Shown piece by piece: positions 1 through 12,826 of a DNA stretch of 64,000 nt. The notes below the pieces were generated by a model. That model ran no database searches. It had not been told where the DNA came from and worked only from the letters and a program-made list of their open reading frames with translations. Every line of letters starts with the position of its first letter. Within the stretch, counting starts at the first letter, position 1. The position numbers and the translations under genes are program-made. This DNA comes from Eutreptiella sp. 'Long Island Sound 2002' (Eukaryota > Protista > Euglenida), in contig OZ038379.1 in assembly GCA_964036045.1 (NCBI GenBank), positions 52,452,001-52,516,000 on the forward strand, read 5' to 3'.

Positions 1-556
1 GGCTTGGGTTCACAGGGGGGGTTAGGAGGCAGCAAAGATGGCTTCCAGGACCACTATTGTGTGCTCCTCGTCCCTGCCGAGGAAATGCGAACAGCTAATC
101 CGCATTCCCTCTTGCCACACCACCACGGGGTTTTTGTTGAATCGCAAACCGATATGTAACCTTTGTGAACGGGGGTTACGTGGCCGTTTGAATGGGGGAT
201 GAATATTCGCGCGAATTTACCCAAATTTTGAGGTTTTTGAGGAAAACGCCTTTTTTTTTTGGTTGCTTTTGAGGGATTTGAGGGGGTAAAATTCTTGCCC
301 CAGCTTCATTGCGCATCATCCAGTGAAAGTCCCGCCCCAAAAGCGTCCACCATGCCCAACGGCCCCCAAAACGAAAAGTGCCAAAACCCGGCAAGCCTGT
401 AGCCGATTCATAGGCGTGAATTCACGTGAATTCATACAAATTTCACCCTTGTCCAACCCCTCATTTGTCCTAACACCCGGGGTACCCCCCCCCCCCAATG
501 CACCTCTGCATGCACCCTGGCCACAAGCAACAATGGTTTAGGGACGTGTTGTATTC

Positions 557-739
557 TCATATCCGCTTCTTGCGACATCGGAACCGCCAGTCTAGGGTCT
601 GAAGGTGCTGCATGTCGGTTAGAAGCCGTCTTCTTGTACGGCTTGCGTACCTTTGTACACAGATGGACCCTTGCCCATTTTGTGCCCTTTTGGTCGCATC
701 CCAACCATGCGCCGCCAGGCTATCATCAATGGTGTGGTT
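557..739 (-). pseudogene. 3' part of RAG1/Transib-like DDE transposase (family 2), split off by the giant hAT insertion
   Basis: Frame reads NHTIDDSLAAHGWDATKRAQ...RKKRI*. It joins in frame to ...GVQVVVD at 33481 when one copy of the 8-bp TSD is removed. Confidence 0.8.
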
Positions 740-776
740 CGGGATTGTGTATAAAGTCTGATGTCTGATGTCTGAT
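740..776. repeat. Left TIR plus TCTGATG subterminal repeats of giant hAT
   Basis: TIR 740-753, then AAAGTCTGATGTCTGATGTCT (753-773), which recurs in the same orientation at 33420-33440. Confidence 0.9.
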
Positions 777-1199
777 ATGGCATGTTGTGTGCGCAGTGTA
801 TCCAAGAAGATGTCTGCTTGTTGGAGGTGGGTCTGGGGGTCCAATGCTTGGAGGAACTTGGGTTCCTAGGGAGGGGGGGGGGGACTGTGCCCAAATCAAA
901 TCTGCCCCCCCCCCCTACTGAAAAAACAAAACCCAAGGGGAAAAAGGGAGGCCTTGACACAATTGAAAAACCATTGATCATTGGGGAACCACCTCGGAAA
1001 ATCAGAAACATAGTAGTTACAAAAACAAAAAAAAAGACATTGAAAACCAAAAGGGGAAAATGGGGAAAATGTGGGAGCAAGAAAAATGAGGAAATTGAAT
1101 AAACACCAAAAATGAATGGCGACACCTTGGAAAACAACATAGCAAAAAACAACAAATAGGCACATGCAAATATGTGGGCACCATCATTTTATTGATCGA

Positions 1200-1677
1200 T
1201 GAGTCAATCCATGTCATCCACCGGTTGGGAACAGCAGGGTTGGGAGCTGCTTGGCGGTGCTGCACAACCGGTAACACGGTCTGTATCCGGCACAAAGGCA
1301 TCCCACTGTGCCAACAAGGCAACGCAAGCTGCATAGCAGTGTCCCGTATTTGTCGACGAGTGCTACCACTTGGTACCTTCACACCAAGCACATCGAGACA
1401 ATGCGACAACGCCCCCCTTGTCGGGTCGCGCAGCTTGCCATTTCGCGTTGCCATCACTAACTTTGCTTGCATCCCGGCGACACGACGCCCCTTGTCTGGC
1501 TTACGTGGTGTTGCGAATTCGTCTACACTGCTGTTCTCACCTTTGTCATAGACATCATCTGCAACATTCACCACCTCTGTACAAGGATGTGGACCTGCAA
1601 AAAAGCATGCATGGCACACCAGACATGTGTTGCACCGGATGCGAACCACCTGCTTGCATGTGGCACACTGCATACCT
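1200..1677 (-). pseudogene. Cys-rich zinc-finger C-terminal extension of the hAT transposase frame
   Basis: Removing the nested 1678-8286 element joins LACWQSCFITFRRG (8291 upward) to MQCATCKQVVRIRCNTCLVCHAC in frame. Confidence 0.6.
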
Positions 1678-2357
1678 CTTAGGAGGCCTTAATTGCCCGG
1701 GGGGGGGGGGGTCTGCGAAATGAAGGCCATTCATGGGGTGAAAAAAATGGTGAATTGCTACCCCCTAATTGCACACAGCGCACAACGTGTGAAGTTTTCG
1801 ATTGAAATCATGCCCTATATTGTCCACTTGGACCTTTTTGCCTGCAATTGAGGACACTGGCAAACCATCCAAAACAGGCATTCAAATTCAAAGAAACAGC
1901 ACTCAAGGACAAATTGCATTGTCCACTGAAGGGTTTGTGTCGTGTACAGACGACACTCTGTGAAACAATACACTGATGCATAGTGAAACAGACCCCCATT
2001 TTCAGGGAATTTCAATGAGACGCGAAACTTCGCCACATTTGGCAAAATGCAGTATAATGAGGTATGAAATACTGTCAGTGCATTGCCTGCTTGCCACAGT
2101 ACAAGATTGATACACAATATCACAGACACACGATTCGAACCATAAGGAACCCTTTGTAATCAATCAATACACAAACATACATCACAGAAACTACCAAATG
2201 TTGCCTACAAAAGGCAATTCCATGTGCCAACACCCACAAAGGGTGAGTCAGAATAACAAATCAAATAAAGTGGGACACAAATTGAAATTCAAGTCAACTG
2301 CTCAGAGGATGGTGGTTCTGCAGTCACCAATGTCTCATCATAGCAGTCAACACTAAA

Positions 2358-2840
2358 TCACCGTCGTGGTTTGGTCCAAAAATGCGTTCCTTTTTGAGGT
2401 TGCTGTTGTGGCTGGGCTGCTGGTGCAGTCCCACCACTCACCAAATTCGCAAAGTTCTCCAATCCCTCTGGTGACGGTGACTGTCCTTTCGGCTCAAACA
2501 GTGGATGTGTAGTGCCTTTGTGTGGTGTGACCAACTGCTGACTCTGCTGTTGTGTCTGCTCCTCATCATCTTGCGCTGCTGGAGCCTCAACAGAGGGTGA
2601 TCGAGCCCTTTTCGTAGGCGTTGCTTGGGGCTCGGCACTGCCACCTGCATCGACACCGGGGGGATTGCTGGCGGTCCCCTTCTTAGGCTTTGGCTTAGAT
2701 GCCTTCGGCTTTGGGGTTCCCTTGGGCTTGGCATCCACGTCCGGCATACTATCCATGCAGTCCTGTTGATTAGGGTCATGAGGTACATAAGCCATTCCAG
2801 TCCTGTCGACAGGCACACCCTTATCCAGTTGTGGCAACAC
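2358..2840 (-). pseudogene. Accessory ORF3 of nested element; Lys/Pro/Gln-rich, unknown function
   Basis: 160-aa low-complexity ORF, same strand as the element transposase, downstream of a GCGAAATTTCGC motif. Confidence 0.35.
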
Positions 2841-3574
2841 AAACTCCTAGTAGATTGGGGCCATAGAGTCAGTCTCTCTTAAAGTACCAGTTGTGAGCTC
2901 AGCAGTTTCTTTAGGTAGTTAATCAACCGCAGCTTTGAGGAAACCAAATACAACCGAAATTTCCGACTTGAGACGAATGTGAAGCTGAACAGCCAGATTT
3001 GGAGAGCAAGACCCCACCAGCACCAAGTTTGTAAGATTCATCGGGAATTTCAGAACCTCCAGCACCCATTGAACAGCCTCAAGACACAGGATACTAGGTA
3101 ATGGGCCTTCACTAAAGATAACGTACCTCGGCAGCTAAACATATGGTGCAAATTGGACAAAATGACGGGAGTGGCGAAATTTCGCTCGATTGTGAGATTT
3201 TGTTGTTTTGGGGGTTCAATTCACAGGGGGCAATGTACCTTCCTTGGAATTGGAGTCAACGTGACAATTGTCATCAGTGATTGCATCATAGTGAAATTCG
3301 GACTGCGGCTGCCAGTGTTGTACACCATGACACTCACCTGATTCACCCCCTCCTCAGCTAGGTCAGTCTGCAGTTGGCTCATGATGATTCGAACTCCGCC
3401 AATTCACCAGCAACCACCATTGGTTTCCCCATTGAAACATGTTGCACAGCAAGAGGTGGTAGACCCATGGACCAGCCCTTTGGAACCTCAATGACAGCCA
3501 GTATGAACGGCAACCCAACGACAGTAGCATTCAAAATGGTAGTAGGATTCAGAAGACAAAGCTGAAAGGGGGAC

Positions 3575-5185
3575 TCACCGCCAGTAGCATGCACCAGAAC
3601 CAGAAACTGTATTCAAGTGAACCACATTCCCTTCGGAGCTGGCAACGTCAAAGGAATTACGAGGTCTGGCCAAGCGGCTCTTGAAGTCCACATATTTTGA
3701 GGATGTCCAGAACTCGGCCTTGCACACAGAGTCCCAGGGAGGCATAGGCAAGTCATCAGTGTACGCCCAGTCTGCACGGCGGAACTTCAATGGACCAATC
3801 TCCTTGATATGACGTTGTAGCATAGCAATCTCGGATCTATTTCCTGTTATAGAGAAAAATTGGGTGTCCAGACCATGTTTCCACCTGAGACGCGAAATTT
3901 CGCCACTATCAGCAAAATTCGATGATTTGATAGTGCATTTCATGATGCATGCACAACATACTGCGGGATGGGTGAACCAACTCCTCTGGATAGTCAGGAT
4001 GCATAACAATCCAACCCCATCGCATTTCCCTTTGGCATTCACGTGCCACTTTGGCCAGTCCTGCAACAGTAGCTCGTGGAGTCTGCATGTATCTGGCACA
4101 CTGTGCAAGGTATGGTCCAATGAGCCCCTCCAATGGTTTGAATCGTCGAAGTGCCAAGGGGATCCTCCTGTTCTCGAAATTGCGTATTCAATCAATTGCT
4201 GTGTAGCCAGTTGCCTCGATCATTCTAGCCAAAGGTAGCCAGCGTCGGGCCACAAAATCCTATAGTGTATACAACCAAAGTTTTTCGGGCCCAGGACAGT
4301 AATGCGCATCAGAGCAACAGTCACACACCGGGCTTCCTTCATCAGTTGTCACCCTAGCCTCCTCCAACATCTGGCGGCACACGTCAGTGAGACTAAGATC
4401 AGCATTCTCCGGCTCCTCCAAGTTCTCCATCACCAGCACTGCCCTCTCACTCATGCATGCTCCTGTGCCTGACAGCCGTGCTGTCTACTGGTGGGCGGCC
4501 AGGCGTCTCCTCTGGCGCAAGGGAGTATCCCACTTCAGAACCATACACTCAAACTCCAGTTGCCATCTCAAAGGTTCCAGATTCTTTTTCTCACGTTGAT
4601 TGGCCAGTCTCCTTGCCGCACAAAAGACATGCTGACCACCAATGATCCAGAAGCTGCCCACTCAGGCAATAACAAAAGAAAATTCGTCCCCAGGACCGTA
4701 CACAAACGACAGACGTGTAGGTGCACGTGCAGCAACATACAATTGTCAGGCCAGACCAGTAATCCCTTGATGATCCCCACGGGAGGTACCCTTGCCAAAT
4801 CCTCCAACCGCAGCTTCAGTCTGGTCTCGCTGACCTTCCGGATTTGCCCATGCTCACGGTTGACATCCATCCGCACGACCTTGTGGGATAACACCACTGT
4901 CTTCTGGACGGCATCTGCTAGAGTGACTGTTTTCGATGTTGCCTTCTTGTTCCCCCGGTTGTGCGGATTCCGTTGACTGGGGCCCTCGGAGCACCCCAGC
5001 GAGGGTTGTGATAAAGAGGGTGGCTCAGGGGCCACAGGCACATTGGTATTTGATTTTGGGGGTACAAATGACATGACAGCGGGGGCCTGGAGGAAATCAG
5101 GGTGCTCTGGGCATGGATCACATTGATAGACAGCGGTGATTTGGTTGTTTCCGGACCAGTTATTCCTAAATGGTAGCCTTTGCAA
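3575..5185 (-). pseudogene. Accessory ORF2 of nested element (frameshifted fragments), unknown function
   Basis: Successive minus-strand fragments 4568-5185, 4260-4454, 3909-4157 and 3575-4195 with protein-like composition. Confidence 0.4.
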
Positions 5186-5442
5186 GGGGAAATCCAGGAA
5201 TACTGCAGAGAGCAGCTGAAATCACACATCATGACATTCTCAGCAAAATGTAATACGTAAAATCATGACACTTGGGAGCACACACAAAAATGAATAGCAC
5301 ATTAGTGGCACAAGTGGCAGCAGTGTAACAGTACCCTGTGGGACACAGGCTCAAAACACACAAAACCCAAAAGCAAGCGAAATCTCGCATCTCAAACGAA
5401 AATATGCTAAAAACAGTATTGGAAACATTAAATATGTCAGAT

Positions 5443-5460
5443 GTGGCGAAATTTCGCCAC
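5443..5460. repeat. Perfect 18-bp palindrome GTGGCGAAATTTCGCCAC, one of 7 related copies in the nested element
   Basis: Variants at 2022-2036, 3171-3185, 3892-3906, ~5377-5390, 7993-8007 and 8066-8080. Confidence 0.85.
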
Positions 5461-5889
5461 TCCATGCAAAAACACCACAATCAAGGGACAATATCTGGTA
5501 CATTGTGAAGACAATAGGTGTGTCAGTCCCATTGTGAGGTATCCTGTCCAAAAACCTCCTCTTCATCCGGAATAGCTACTATGTCGTCATCATCCGACAC
5601 ACTACTGTCATCACTGTCACTGTGGACTGCAAACAAGGGCACCTTGGGGCCATCGTCCTCGTCATCGCTCACATTGTCCAAACCTGGCCCGCCCCCCCCA
5701 TTTCGGATGCTGCACCCTATTCTCCAGTACTGGTTGTTGTTGGCCAGATTTGGCTGGCGGTTTTGGATTCCTTGGGGCAGGTTTGGCGATGGGTGCACCA
5801 TGTCTGGGGGGGGGCAGCTGGTTTTGCAACGGGTTTCCGCGGTTTGGGTTTGGGTTTGGGTTTGGGCTTAGGCGGGCAGGTAATTTGCA

Positions 5890-7869
5890 TCACTCTCTGG
5901 ATATCCACATTCCGTTGCCCTGCAATCGTTGATGGAGGCACTGTTTGCTGTGGAACCGTAAGAAGGTCATCGCTTGGGGAGTTCTTACGAAGAATGGTCC
6001 TAATTTATTTGTGGAAGACACTGAAGAGATGCTACGTGGTGGAACGGCAGCAAATGTTTGAGGAAAACGAACGTCATCTGCACTACGCAACACACTTGCT
6101 TCTACTACCCGAAGGGGTGGCGGCTTCCATTGTACAATGAACAAGGATGCAACAAACACACTCGGAATAAACTTTCTCAGATTGGACCCATACCGCTTCA
6201 CACACTTCTCTGTCAGTGAGAACCGCAGGTTCTTCCTCCTGGTCAGGGTCTGAGTCAACGTTACAAAAATTTCGGAGGTGCCACTTAGGGATGTGATGGT
6301 AGTCCATATCTGGCACTGTGCACACAACCTGCTCAACATTGCCCCCCCATATTCCTCACTGTGAATAAAACCGGGCGTTCGAGAGTGCCAACGCTACCAT
6401 GTGACCAAACCAGCCACCAATGTCTTGATGTACTCCACGTTCTCCCATTGATCCCACACCAAAGAAAGCATAACCAGCAAATAGGAGTCCAGCACTGCCA
6501 AGGCATTTTTCCCACTTCCGGGATCTCTACCAGCCCAAATGCAGTCTCTCACAAGGACACCAATCCTAAATGGAGCACCCCAATACTCCTTCAACAACAC
6601 CTTCAACCCGAAAACAAGCTCCTTGGTTTTAGACTGCATGTCCGTCAATGGTCCATTCTGCGCCGCCACGGCAAATGCATCAAGTTTTGCCTAAACTCTT
6701 GGTAGGTAAGTGGCAGCATTCAGACAAAGCGCCAGTATTGTCTTGTCCATATGAAGGAGGTTCACCTTTGTTGGTACTGCGTCCCCTTCCTTGAAATCGG
6801 TGTGTACTCTCTCGATCAGACAGATAATGGGCATAAAATTGCGGTAAAGCATGGTGATCATATGCTTGTACGGGTGCCAAACCCCGTATATGAGGGGGGC
6901 GCTTGACTAGTGCAACTGGAAGATCCATGAAGTGTAACTTTGCCCATACAGGTATTTCAAGAGCTCATAGTGAATCTTCATATCCACACACAGAGGTAAA
7001 TCATGAGGAGTTGCCTGCTGCACATGCCGAATTGTATTTAGCAGTTTCAAGTGATCCAGTTTGGTTCCACGCCGTAGTTGAGACAGCATCATTGGTTGCC
7101 AACGGAGAGATAGCACATTTTGCCGCACAATGTCCAGGAGGACTCTAACAAAGGTACGCTGAATCAGGTCACGAAGAGCATAAACCCGCCGAAACAAATC
7201 CGCATGACGAAGTTGTAAAGCATCAACATGTGCCCCAATTGTCTGGACGGCATGAATTAGTGAGACATGACCCGGAAATGGTGGTAGGGCTGGCAAATGC
7301 AACACGGCCACAACTGTGCAATTTATGGAGTGGTCAGGATGCAGCGGGTCCACCCCATAATTCTTTTTCACCCAGTTGTCATACTAGAGCGCCATCTGGT
7401 GGTTCTGCATGATTTGCCAAAGCCAAGTTGCTTGTTGTCGTGCATTGGCAGTAAGTGAGGGCATAGCTGCATGCACAAGTCCTGTGGGAGCCAACAATCG
7501 GTGTGTCCTCCGGCTCAACGAAATAGGCATTGGTACATCCTAGGACTATGCATGAGGGGCTGCCATCTTTCTCAGAAGTCGCCACAAGCATATCAATTGA
7601 TTTGAGAAAACAGTGTACCAACGGGGCTTCTTCCGTATTCCATGGGCAAACAGCAACCGTGTAAGATCCTTCCGTGAGCGTCGATTTGTTCGCATTGCCA
7701 GGTCCCACGCAGCCAATAACCTTGCAGAGCCCCCATTGGCAACATCCGTCATGAGGTCATCAACGTTCTGAAACTCAAGAATGGCACAACCAGCCTTAGC
7801 AGTGCCGGATCCATGTCCTGTGGTCACCTCACAGCAAATATTTACCTCAGAACAGGCAACATACCGCAT
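5890..7869 (-). pseudogene. Decayed DDE transposase of nested element
   Basis: One frame from ~7385 to ~6340 with in-frame stops: YDNWVKKNY ... LCVDMKIHY ... PLIYGVWHPYKH ... FIHSEEYG, a D / D / xxH / E order typical of RNase-H-fold transposases. Confidence 0.6.
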
Positions 7870-8329
7870 GCCAAGATTGTCGGATTGTTCATAAAATTCA
7901 TCAAAGGCACAAATTTCGGTACAAACAAAATCAAATTAGCCCACAAATATACAAATACACAAAAAGGGCATCAAATCATCAAAAATGAAGGAGTGGCGAA
8001 ATTTCGCATCTCATGAGTGAAAAAATGTATGAAAAAAGGATATGATATCGGCCAATTTCAAAGGAGTGGCGAAATTTCGCTTCAGTTTTGGAATTTGGCT
8101 GATTTGGGGTTTGAAATTGACTATTTAGAATTGGAACATTGGTATGGTTCAAAAAATGGCTTTTAAAACATAACCTTAAACACTGACCCCCCCCCCTACA
8201 TTTCATACCCTAAAAAACACCCCAGTTCGGCGTAACAAATTCGACTTCTTGAGGGTCACCAGGGCGGGCAATTAAGGCCTCCTAAGTACCTCTACGAAAG
8301 GTGATGAAGCATGATTGCCAGCATGCGAG

Positions 8330-10397
8330 TCAGGGGTACCATCTGGTGCAACAACGGTGACCACATCTGCCCTGTGCCGTTCTGTACCCTTTCTTGAGGG
8401 TGCCAGTGGGGTCAATGGTAGCCGGCCCTCCAAAGAAGGGCAGGATGTCACTATCATCAGCCACTGTTTCATTACCTTGCAGACATTGAAGCATCGTAGC
8501 TTCTACAGATTCTAGTGCATTTACCTGCCGTGAAACCCTCCGTCTTGGGCACAGATCAAAACGTGCACGGGCAGCCAGGTGGCGTGTCATTGCAACGCCT
8601 TGACCCTTTGCCCATTGCTGTAAAGGGGGCAAGTTGTAATGCATTGCCATGCACATGCAAAGAACATGTGTCTCCACAATGTCCTACAAACTATCGCTGA
8701 ACCTCCCACGCAACGAGATGGCACACTGTACAGCAACTTCAACAGGGAAATATGCTCGCAACATAGCGAGAAGACACCACACATTCACCCACTGTGCATG
8801 TGCCTTTTAAGGGGCCAAGGCCCCCGAATCTTGGACATTTGCACATTTGCAAAGTGCTGTACCATGTGCTCGTTAAGGCCCGCTCACTCTTCCAAGGCAC
8901 GGTTGCAGCTCACATGCGCTGCACGCAACTCATCTTGGTGTGAAGCCATGAATCAACGCAATTGCTGTATGCCATATGTGGCACGCTCACTGACCGGCAG
9001 GGCCAGCAAACGGCCATGGTCCAACAACAATGCACACTCAAGCACCCCCCTGGGGTCAATTATTGCCCGCCCCTCCTTGATGCTTGCAAGCAACACATCA
9101 GTTACCGCACGTACCTAAACGCTTGGAAAAGGGGGGGATGTTGTACACTTTTGCCCACGTGAATCAAACTTGACCAACTGCACACCATGCCATGCACCTG
9201 CCACAGTTTGCTCCTTGAACTGCAACCAACCTGGACCCTCCTCCCGAGCCACCTTGTGCAACCGTGCCTGTGGCATATTTGTGGCAGTGGCTGAATGTGC
9301 ACCAGTGGGCGTGCGCAGTTGTGCCACATTGTCAAAACACCAAATGCCATGCAGGATGTCCCCATAAACCACCCCCCATGCAAGCAAACTGGCATCATGG
9401 CAGTCCTCCCACACATCCGCCTCTTTGGTGGAATGTTGCACCTTCAAATCCAAGTGCCTTGCCACCCAGGGGACCTTAGCCAAAAAAGCAGTGTTCCGCC
9501 GTGCATTTGCCTGTGACCACCTGATGCGATGACTTGTGGGGATGAGTTGGAAACCACTACATTTATCATGCACATGGTCTTGCACACACTTTTGCAACTC
9601 CTTCCATTGCCGTGCCCCATTGTACAAGGCCCGTTGGCGATCCACAGCTGCCATGTAATCGGCATGGGTTGGGCCAGCAGCCTCCAATGCATGACCTAGC
9701 TTGCGCTGCAACACATGCAGGGCGCACCCAAGGGGGGTCACCAGGACCAACCACGTCCCAATCAGGGCAAACACATTGTTCTTAATGGTAGAGACATCAA
9801 CAACTTGCCGTGCACTGGCACCCCGCACACCAAGGTTAGAAGCCCCGTCCACTGCAAAAGTCACCATCCTCTTCGCCCATCAATCGCGGTCCGGATTCCA
9901 TGACAGCAAGACACATTCCAGCTACTTTGTATTCTCCTGTGCATCACCACACGCCACATCAACCATACCAAGGAACACTTCACACATGCCTCCTGGGCCA
10001 GTCCCAGGGACACAAGCAGAGGGGCATACTCATTGATGCGATGCCTTTGCCTGTCCGAGCCGTCAAGCAACAGTGCAATGAAGGTTGCCAGGTATAGGAT
10101 GTGTGTTACATCGTCTTGCATGGCATCATGCATTGCTGCAATAGCCTTCTCAACTATCCATTGCCGTGAAGCATGGTGCCCATAGGTAGATGTCAAAGAG
10201 CAATGAAGAAGAATCCGCTCACTTATGGCACGGATGGAAGTGCACATGCGTAACCCAATATAAACCTCAACCAACCGTGACAAAATGGCTGCCTCAACAT
10301 CAGTCAATGACACACCAATGTCCATTGCCTGCCCCCTGATGAATACAATGTTCCATCCCACCACTTTAGCTTCGTCTGTGGCAGTAGTGGGGCACAA
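8330..10397 (-). pseudogene. hAT-family transposase (ZNF862-like), frameshifted
   Basis: ATFIALLLDGSD (first D), VTFAVDGASNLG (second D), GCALH (CxxH), RIRW, and a C-terminal dimerisation-like segment ...MAMHYNLP. The catalytic E region is degenerate. Confidence 0.88.
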
Positions 10398-10433
10398 TGC
10401 ACAATATCGTCCTGCACAATGCTGCCTGAAACT

Positions 10434-10940
10434 CTACTCGGCCAGTTGGTGGTGGTGCCCTGGCGTGTGCAGATTCCTTGGTGATGATGTTGTGCCACGT
10501 GACAACCCCAAGTGGCTTTCCAACACTTCCTTGGGCCATGTTTTTGGGCTAGAGGTCTTCATGCGCATTCCTTGACCGTGTGTTCCCAGTACCATGGCAT
10601 TACTGGCCCGAGGGGGACGTGCCACCCCAGGAATGCCACACGCATTAGCCCATGCACAACATACACACTCAACATCCCCGCATGTTGTAAACCGACACTG
10701 CCAATGAGCGTCCACGAATGCTTGTAGTGTCTTCGTACCACTATCCGGTTGCATGGGAGGAGCCTGCATCAACATGCACAACACATCCCTCCATGCTGCA
10801 GCCAATGCAATGGAGCGCATCTTGTCTTGCTCCACCGACTGTGCCACTGACGTTTGTGACATACCATGCTCCGCATGCCGCCCAGCCCACTCTTTTGCAT
10901 ACCGTGCTCTAAGTTGTATCTGGTGTGCCCAAACACGCAC
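10434..10940 (-). pseudogene. Region N-terminal to hAT transposase with Cys/Trp zinc-finger-like motif
   Basis: HWQCRFTTCGDVECVCCAWA, positioned where BED/TTF fingers precede hAT catalytic domains. Confidence 0.4.
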
Positions 10941-11099
10941 TTACAAATGCCTCGCCACTCGCACCTGGCGCTTCTGCAACAACTGTGCCACTGCCTCAAC
11001 AAAATCTGATGAGGGCTGATTCGCACCAACGGACGTGATGTCCTGCTGGTTACTACAAACATGAGGTAGCGGCACCAAGGCAGCTACAGACATGTCAAG

Positions 11100-11360
11100 A
11101 GGCATGTTGTGGGCATGCGTATTCATGTTCCTGTCCCCAACCCTTGATGCACCCTGTGTTGCATGTGGGGGGGGGGGGGGGCAATGCACCTTGTGACAGC
11201 GCCATGGCTGACAAAGAGGTGTCAGCAGGCATGCTCCGAGGATGTGTATTCATGTTCCTGTCTCCAACCCTTGATGCACCCTGTGTTGCATGTGGGGGGG
11301 GGGGGGGACAATGCACCTAGTGACAGCGCCATGGCTGAGAGAGAGGTGGCAGTAGGCATG
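11100..11360. repeat. Tandem duplication, ~127-bp period, 2 copies
   Basis: ATTCATGTTCCTGTC...TGCACCCTGTGTTGCATGTG(G)n...GACAGCGCCATGGCTGA at 11121 and 11248. Confidence 0.85.
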
Positions 11361-11459
11361 CTCTGGGCATCCCCTTTGTTGCCAAGGGCTGAAGCCCTTG
11401 TTCGTTGGGAGGCAGACTGTGACATGTCTGGTACCAACGGATTGGTTGGCTTGCGCTTG

Positions 11460-12330
11460 TAGAACAAGCCTGTTGCTTTCCCCGGAATGGCAGGTGGGCT
11501 CGTGCCCTTCACTGTGGTATCATCACACAGCCACCACTTGTCCTCAAAAACAATATACACCACAAAGTGACCCTCATTCTTGCTCACTCCAATGTGCGGT
11601 ACCATGGCATGCAAAGACCATTGCCATCCCAAAATATACACAAACTCATGGTCCACAACAAATTTGTAGCCTTGTTGGTTGTGGATATGTAACCCCACGA
11701 CTTCATTGAACACAGAGGATGTCACCAGCGGTGCCTCTGCCAGATCACCCCCACAAGCAGAAGGGGGGGGGGGTGTTGGCCAGGCCAACACCCCGACCCC
11801 TCATTCCCTCATTCACACGGTTTTGCACACTTTGCCCTGGATTCGTCACATGCAGCACCTGTGGTGTCATGCCCGTCTCCCCCCCCTCCCGTAGAACCTT
11901 CACACTACACTCCCCACAGCATGGGCATATTTGCTCATAAGACAGGCAACATGACAAATCCACTACCCCAGCGGCCGTCAGCTTGGCCACGATGTGTTTC
12001 CGACATTCTGGCATCTCTGCTAGCTGCTTCTACTGGAAAATTGGTGTAGGGGCTTTGCACTTGCAATGCCCACTGCACCAGCACACGGTGACACACATAC
12101 CACCCTATCGGGCCAACCTTTCAGCAATGGCCTGCGGATTGTACACACCGCTTCCCACATGCGCCAGAACATCCTGCCACAATATCCCCCATACACCCCC
12201 ATCATCAAGGCATTGTGGGTGTTGTCCTCCATGTCCACCGGACACAACTAGTAGGCATTGCAGTGTTGTACCAAGCCAACACCAGTTGTAGCCTGGTGGA
12301 TTCTCTATGCCCCATGACCGCCGCGGTGCT
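11460..12330 (-). pseudogene. Ubiquitin-specific protease (peptidase C19/USP)-like domain
   Basis: Cys box GIENPPGYNWCWLGTTLQCL (~12250-12312), internal CPCC, and His box WSLHAMVPHIGVSKNEGHFVVYIVFEDKWWLCDDTTV. Confidence 0.8.
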
Positions 12331-12399
12331 CCTCCAAGTGGCCCACTATGCACCTGCATGTGAGCGGGCTGCAGCCTCGTGGAGGAATGCATGGTCCCA

Positions 12400-12800
12400 T
12401 GATGGGAGTGTCCGCCAGTCACCACGACAGTATAACACCCCAAGCCGCCTCTTCCCATGCCATGAACAAGTGGCATGCAATGCACCCAGACGTACCACAA
12501 CCGGTTGCTGTGATACATCATATGTTGCACCATCCCGTGTAACGCCATCCAAACATTGAATATTGCATCTCCGTCCACCTTGACCACTACACACACCACC
12601 TCCCTCCACCCATATGTGCCCCCGTGTGTGCTGTCCTGTGGAGAACACTGCCGCCCAAGGGGATGAGTCATGCAAGTGGTGATGCGGTTTGTAAGCACAT
12701 TGCAAGAGAACTGCATGGTAGTCCATGTGAACCATTTGGGCAACAACCCCCTTGCAATTTGGTTCACCAAGGTCACCAGTGGCTTGTAGTTCCGCGTTTG
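12400..12800 (-). pseudogene. 2OG-Fe(II) dioxygenase-like domain (TET/JBP/AlkB-type double-stranded beta helix)
   Basis: WFTWTTMQFSCNV..KPHHHLHDSSPWAAVFSTGQHTRGHIWVEGG ... GALHATCSWHGKRRLGVLY, across a frameshift. Confidence 0.6.
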
Positions 12801-12826
12801 TTGCACTAGACTAGTGTGACCGAAGT

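Larger units (their letters stand above)
1678..8286 (-). mobile_element. Nested multi-ORF DDE DNA transposon (6,609 bp), 22-bp TIR, 5-bp TSD
   Basis: CTTAGGAGGCCTTAATTGCCCG at 1678-1699 and its reverse complement ending at 8286. TACCT flanks at 1673-1677 and 8287-8291. Confidence 0.9.
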
